Shown here: positions 61,219 through 64,000 of the stretch, piece after piece
Numbering within the stretch: the first letter of the stretch is position 1
How the letters are laid out: each line of letters begins with the position of its first letter
NCBI RefSeq assembly: GCF_001194135.2
Contig: NC_068986.1
Span: 2,753,635 to 2,817,634, forward strand
DNA length: 64,000 nucleotides
Source: Octopus bimaculoides
Lineage: Eukaryota
Direction: 5' to 3'
The notes under the pieces: model-generated
Told to the model about the DNA's origin: nothing
What the model saw: only the letters and a program-made list of their open reading frames with translations
Databases searched by the model: none
Made by a program: the position numbers and the translations under genes

Positions 61219-64000
61219 TGTGTGTGTGCGTATGCATGTATATGTATAAAATAACGTGCTAGCAAAATTATGTTAAGTATCATATAAAATTAAATCCATT
61301 CATTAAAAATATTCATTCTTAATTTTAATTTCTGTGTGTATATTGTTTCTAATTTCCTGATGCTATAGAACATAAAGGGTGACACAAAAAGCAATGCCAA
61401 CTACACAAAATGCAGGTCACCATTTTGATATTAGAAAATCATGTTTATATGTATTTCATCTATCGCGTATTTTCCTCATATAGCAAAAGTGTAATAGTAT
61501 ATTTTGGATCGAGAGACCTTCTTTTTCTGTTACATTATTTAGGGACTGGAAGTGGTGTCTTTAAACTAACATTTTTGAGAGACGTTGAAAGCCCGCTTCT
61601 GCATAACATTTGAAAAGAACTAAACGGATATCCGGAAAATATACTGAATGTAAAAAAGAAAAAGAAAAAGAAAAACCCATAAAATCTCTAGTTAAATAAG
61701 ATATATTTATTGGTTAACCAGTTATTAAAAGAAACCAAAGATTTGTTGAGTACATCTAATTTATGAAGGGACATTTTAATGCAGTACATAGCAAATCCGT
61801 CTGTTCGATATAGTTAAATATATTTCGAAGCAAAATGTTAAATTTTTGACTAAAACAGAAACACATTTTAATACTGGAGATCTGTTTCAAAATAAAGGAT
61901 TGCAATGCTGCAAAAAAATATTGGTTTCTAATTTTTGCACAAGGCCAGCAGTTTCAGAGGGAGGGGGCTAAGTCGATTACACCGACCCTAGTAGTCAACT
62001 GGTATTTATTTTATCGACCCTGAAAGGATGAAGAACAAAGTCGACTTCGGTGGAATATGAACTCAGAATGTAAATACGGACGAAATGTCGCTAAGCATTT
62101 TGTCCGGTGCGCTAACGATACTACCAGCTTGCGTTATATAACAAAAGAATATTATTATGTCTTTATATTAATCAATATTGGCAAAAATTATTCTTCTTTA
62201 TCATGAATTTTAATGCAGAGTCAACGTTAACACCGTGGCGTATAACAGTAAAAAGAATAGATGTCTACCTAAACTATATTTGTTATATTTCTACTACTTG
62301 TGTATTTAAATTTTAAGAAGTTTTTTTTTTAACAATAGCATCATTGGTTACAGGGGTCTGATAGGCCATCCACTGGTTCGCTGCGTTTCTAACCGCGAGA
62401 TTGACACTGGTGGCACAGTGAAGATCTGTATGACGTTCCAAAAATACTCCATCTAAGATTCTTATGTGAATAGATGCACACACTTGGATGTATACTTCAA
62501 TATTTCAACCAACACACCGTTTCAAACATATATTGAGAAACACCAGGAACTCTCTTAACTCAAGAAATCTTGTCGCTTTGTTAGTGACTGGCTTGAACTC
62601 TCCCAAGAAGAACTTAAATTAAACTCAAAGAAAAATCATACATACATACATAAATGCATGCACCCACGCACGCACGTACACATACATACATACATACATG
62701 CATACATACATGCATACATACATGCATACATACATCCATACATACATGCATACATGCATACATACACACATGTCGAGGAGTTTCTGGAAAACAGATTTCC
62801 GGATCGGACGGCCTACAGAAGTTGAAATTTCTCCGTTTTGAAGGGGATTTTTTCCAATGTTTTTCACCAAAGTCTTTAGAATGATGGGAGGCATCTTCAC
62901 GAAAACCCAAAAAATTTTGAAATTTTTTTCACTCCCGCCACCCTCTCACTACCTCAGTTCAAAACGAGTTTGGCCATTTTTTTTCACTTAAAATCCGTGA
63001 AACATTTTCAATTTTAAAAAAATGTCAATAATTTCTGAGGAAAATGTGTGATTTAAGGGATATCTGGCTGTTCTTTCTAGCACATCTCAAAACCTCCCTC
63101 CTTGTTTCTTTCTCACTCACACATCTATTGATATTTTTCAATATTTTTCTCCCCATAAACAAATTTCATGGAATGACGATGCCAAAGTGACACACATGGA
63201 ATCCCAACCGATCGAGGCCGTGTTATGTGTGTGTGTGTGTAAGAAAAATAACACCTAAAAACATCTTTAGTGTTCATATTAATCTGTCAAATGTAATGCT
63301 TATTTGTTCGCATTATTTTGAATTATTCAGGTTAAAGAGGGATGTCCACAATATTTGCTTGTAACTTTGTGAATTTTTTACATACAGATTTGAAGTTTTG
63401 TCAGTGGGTGCTTTATATACCACTGGTTTATTGTTATGTAAATTTAGCTGATCATGGTGCGTAAATTTGAATTTTATGGGCAGGTAAATTCAGTTAACAG
63501 GTGTAAAAGCAATAATACTATGGATAAACACTAAAATTGAAAATCTTAATGCATCTTACCTGTTTGATTTGTTACTAAAATTCAACCGACAAAAATTTTG
63601 CCACTTTTCAAGATGAGCTACATTAATTTGAATTAATTAAAAAAAACAGGTATAATCTGTACAAGATTTTATTCTTTCAATAAATATTTTGTACCTCGGT
63701 GTGGAATTATTTTTTTCATAGTTTTTACGAGTGCATTCAACGTATCTCACCGCCAAATCTGCCGCAAGCCACTTTTTTCCAGAAAAGAAAGGTGTGAAGG
63801 GTGGTAGGGACCTCGAAGTTTCTTACCAAGGGAGTTTTGTTTCGCGGGTTTTTTTTTCTTTTCCAGGTTATTTTGCATGCTTCCAACGAATGTGACATCG
63901 AAACCAAGCGTAAACGGCTCCTTTTTCCGTTTTGGTTGCTATTTTTAGCATACCCTGCTACCACGTAACAGCTATTTGCGTTCACACTGAAATATCTACC

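Overview
AT-rich, microsatellite- and SINE-dense animal genomic DNA with assembly gaps. The repeat content suggests an octopod cephalopod (inference). Three spliced protein-coding genes were reconstructed by hand from GT-AG boundaries and reading-frame phase. (1) Three exons of an uncharacterised + strand gene (1807-4024), probably 5'-incomplete. (2) A complete 17-exon, 925-aa PDPR-type gene of the sarcosine/dimethylglycine dehydrogenase family on the - strand (36847->9981). It keeps the WHAAG flavin-attachment histidine. (3) A complete 5-exon, TATA-driven - strand gene (60555->44061) for a 287-aa secreted protein that I cannot assign to a named family; this is the best candidate for new biology. 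The rest is transposon debris: RTE, R4/Dong-like, CR1-like and Penelope-like retroelement fragments (with hammerhead-ribozyme-like motifs), several SINE families, Tc1/mariner, piggyBac-like and hAT-like elements, and fold-back elements. A CpG-decay gradient separates the left and right halves of the window.
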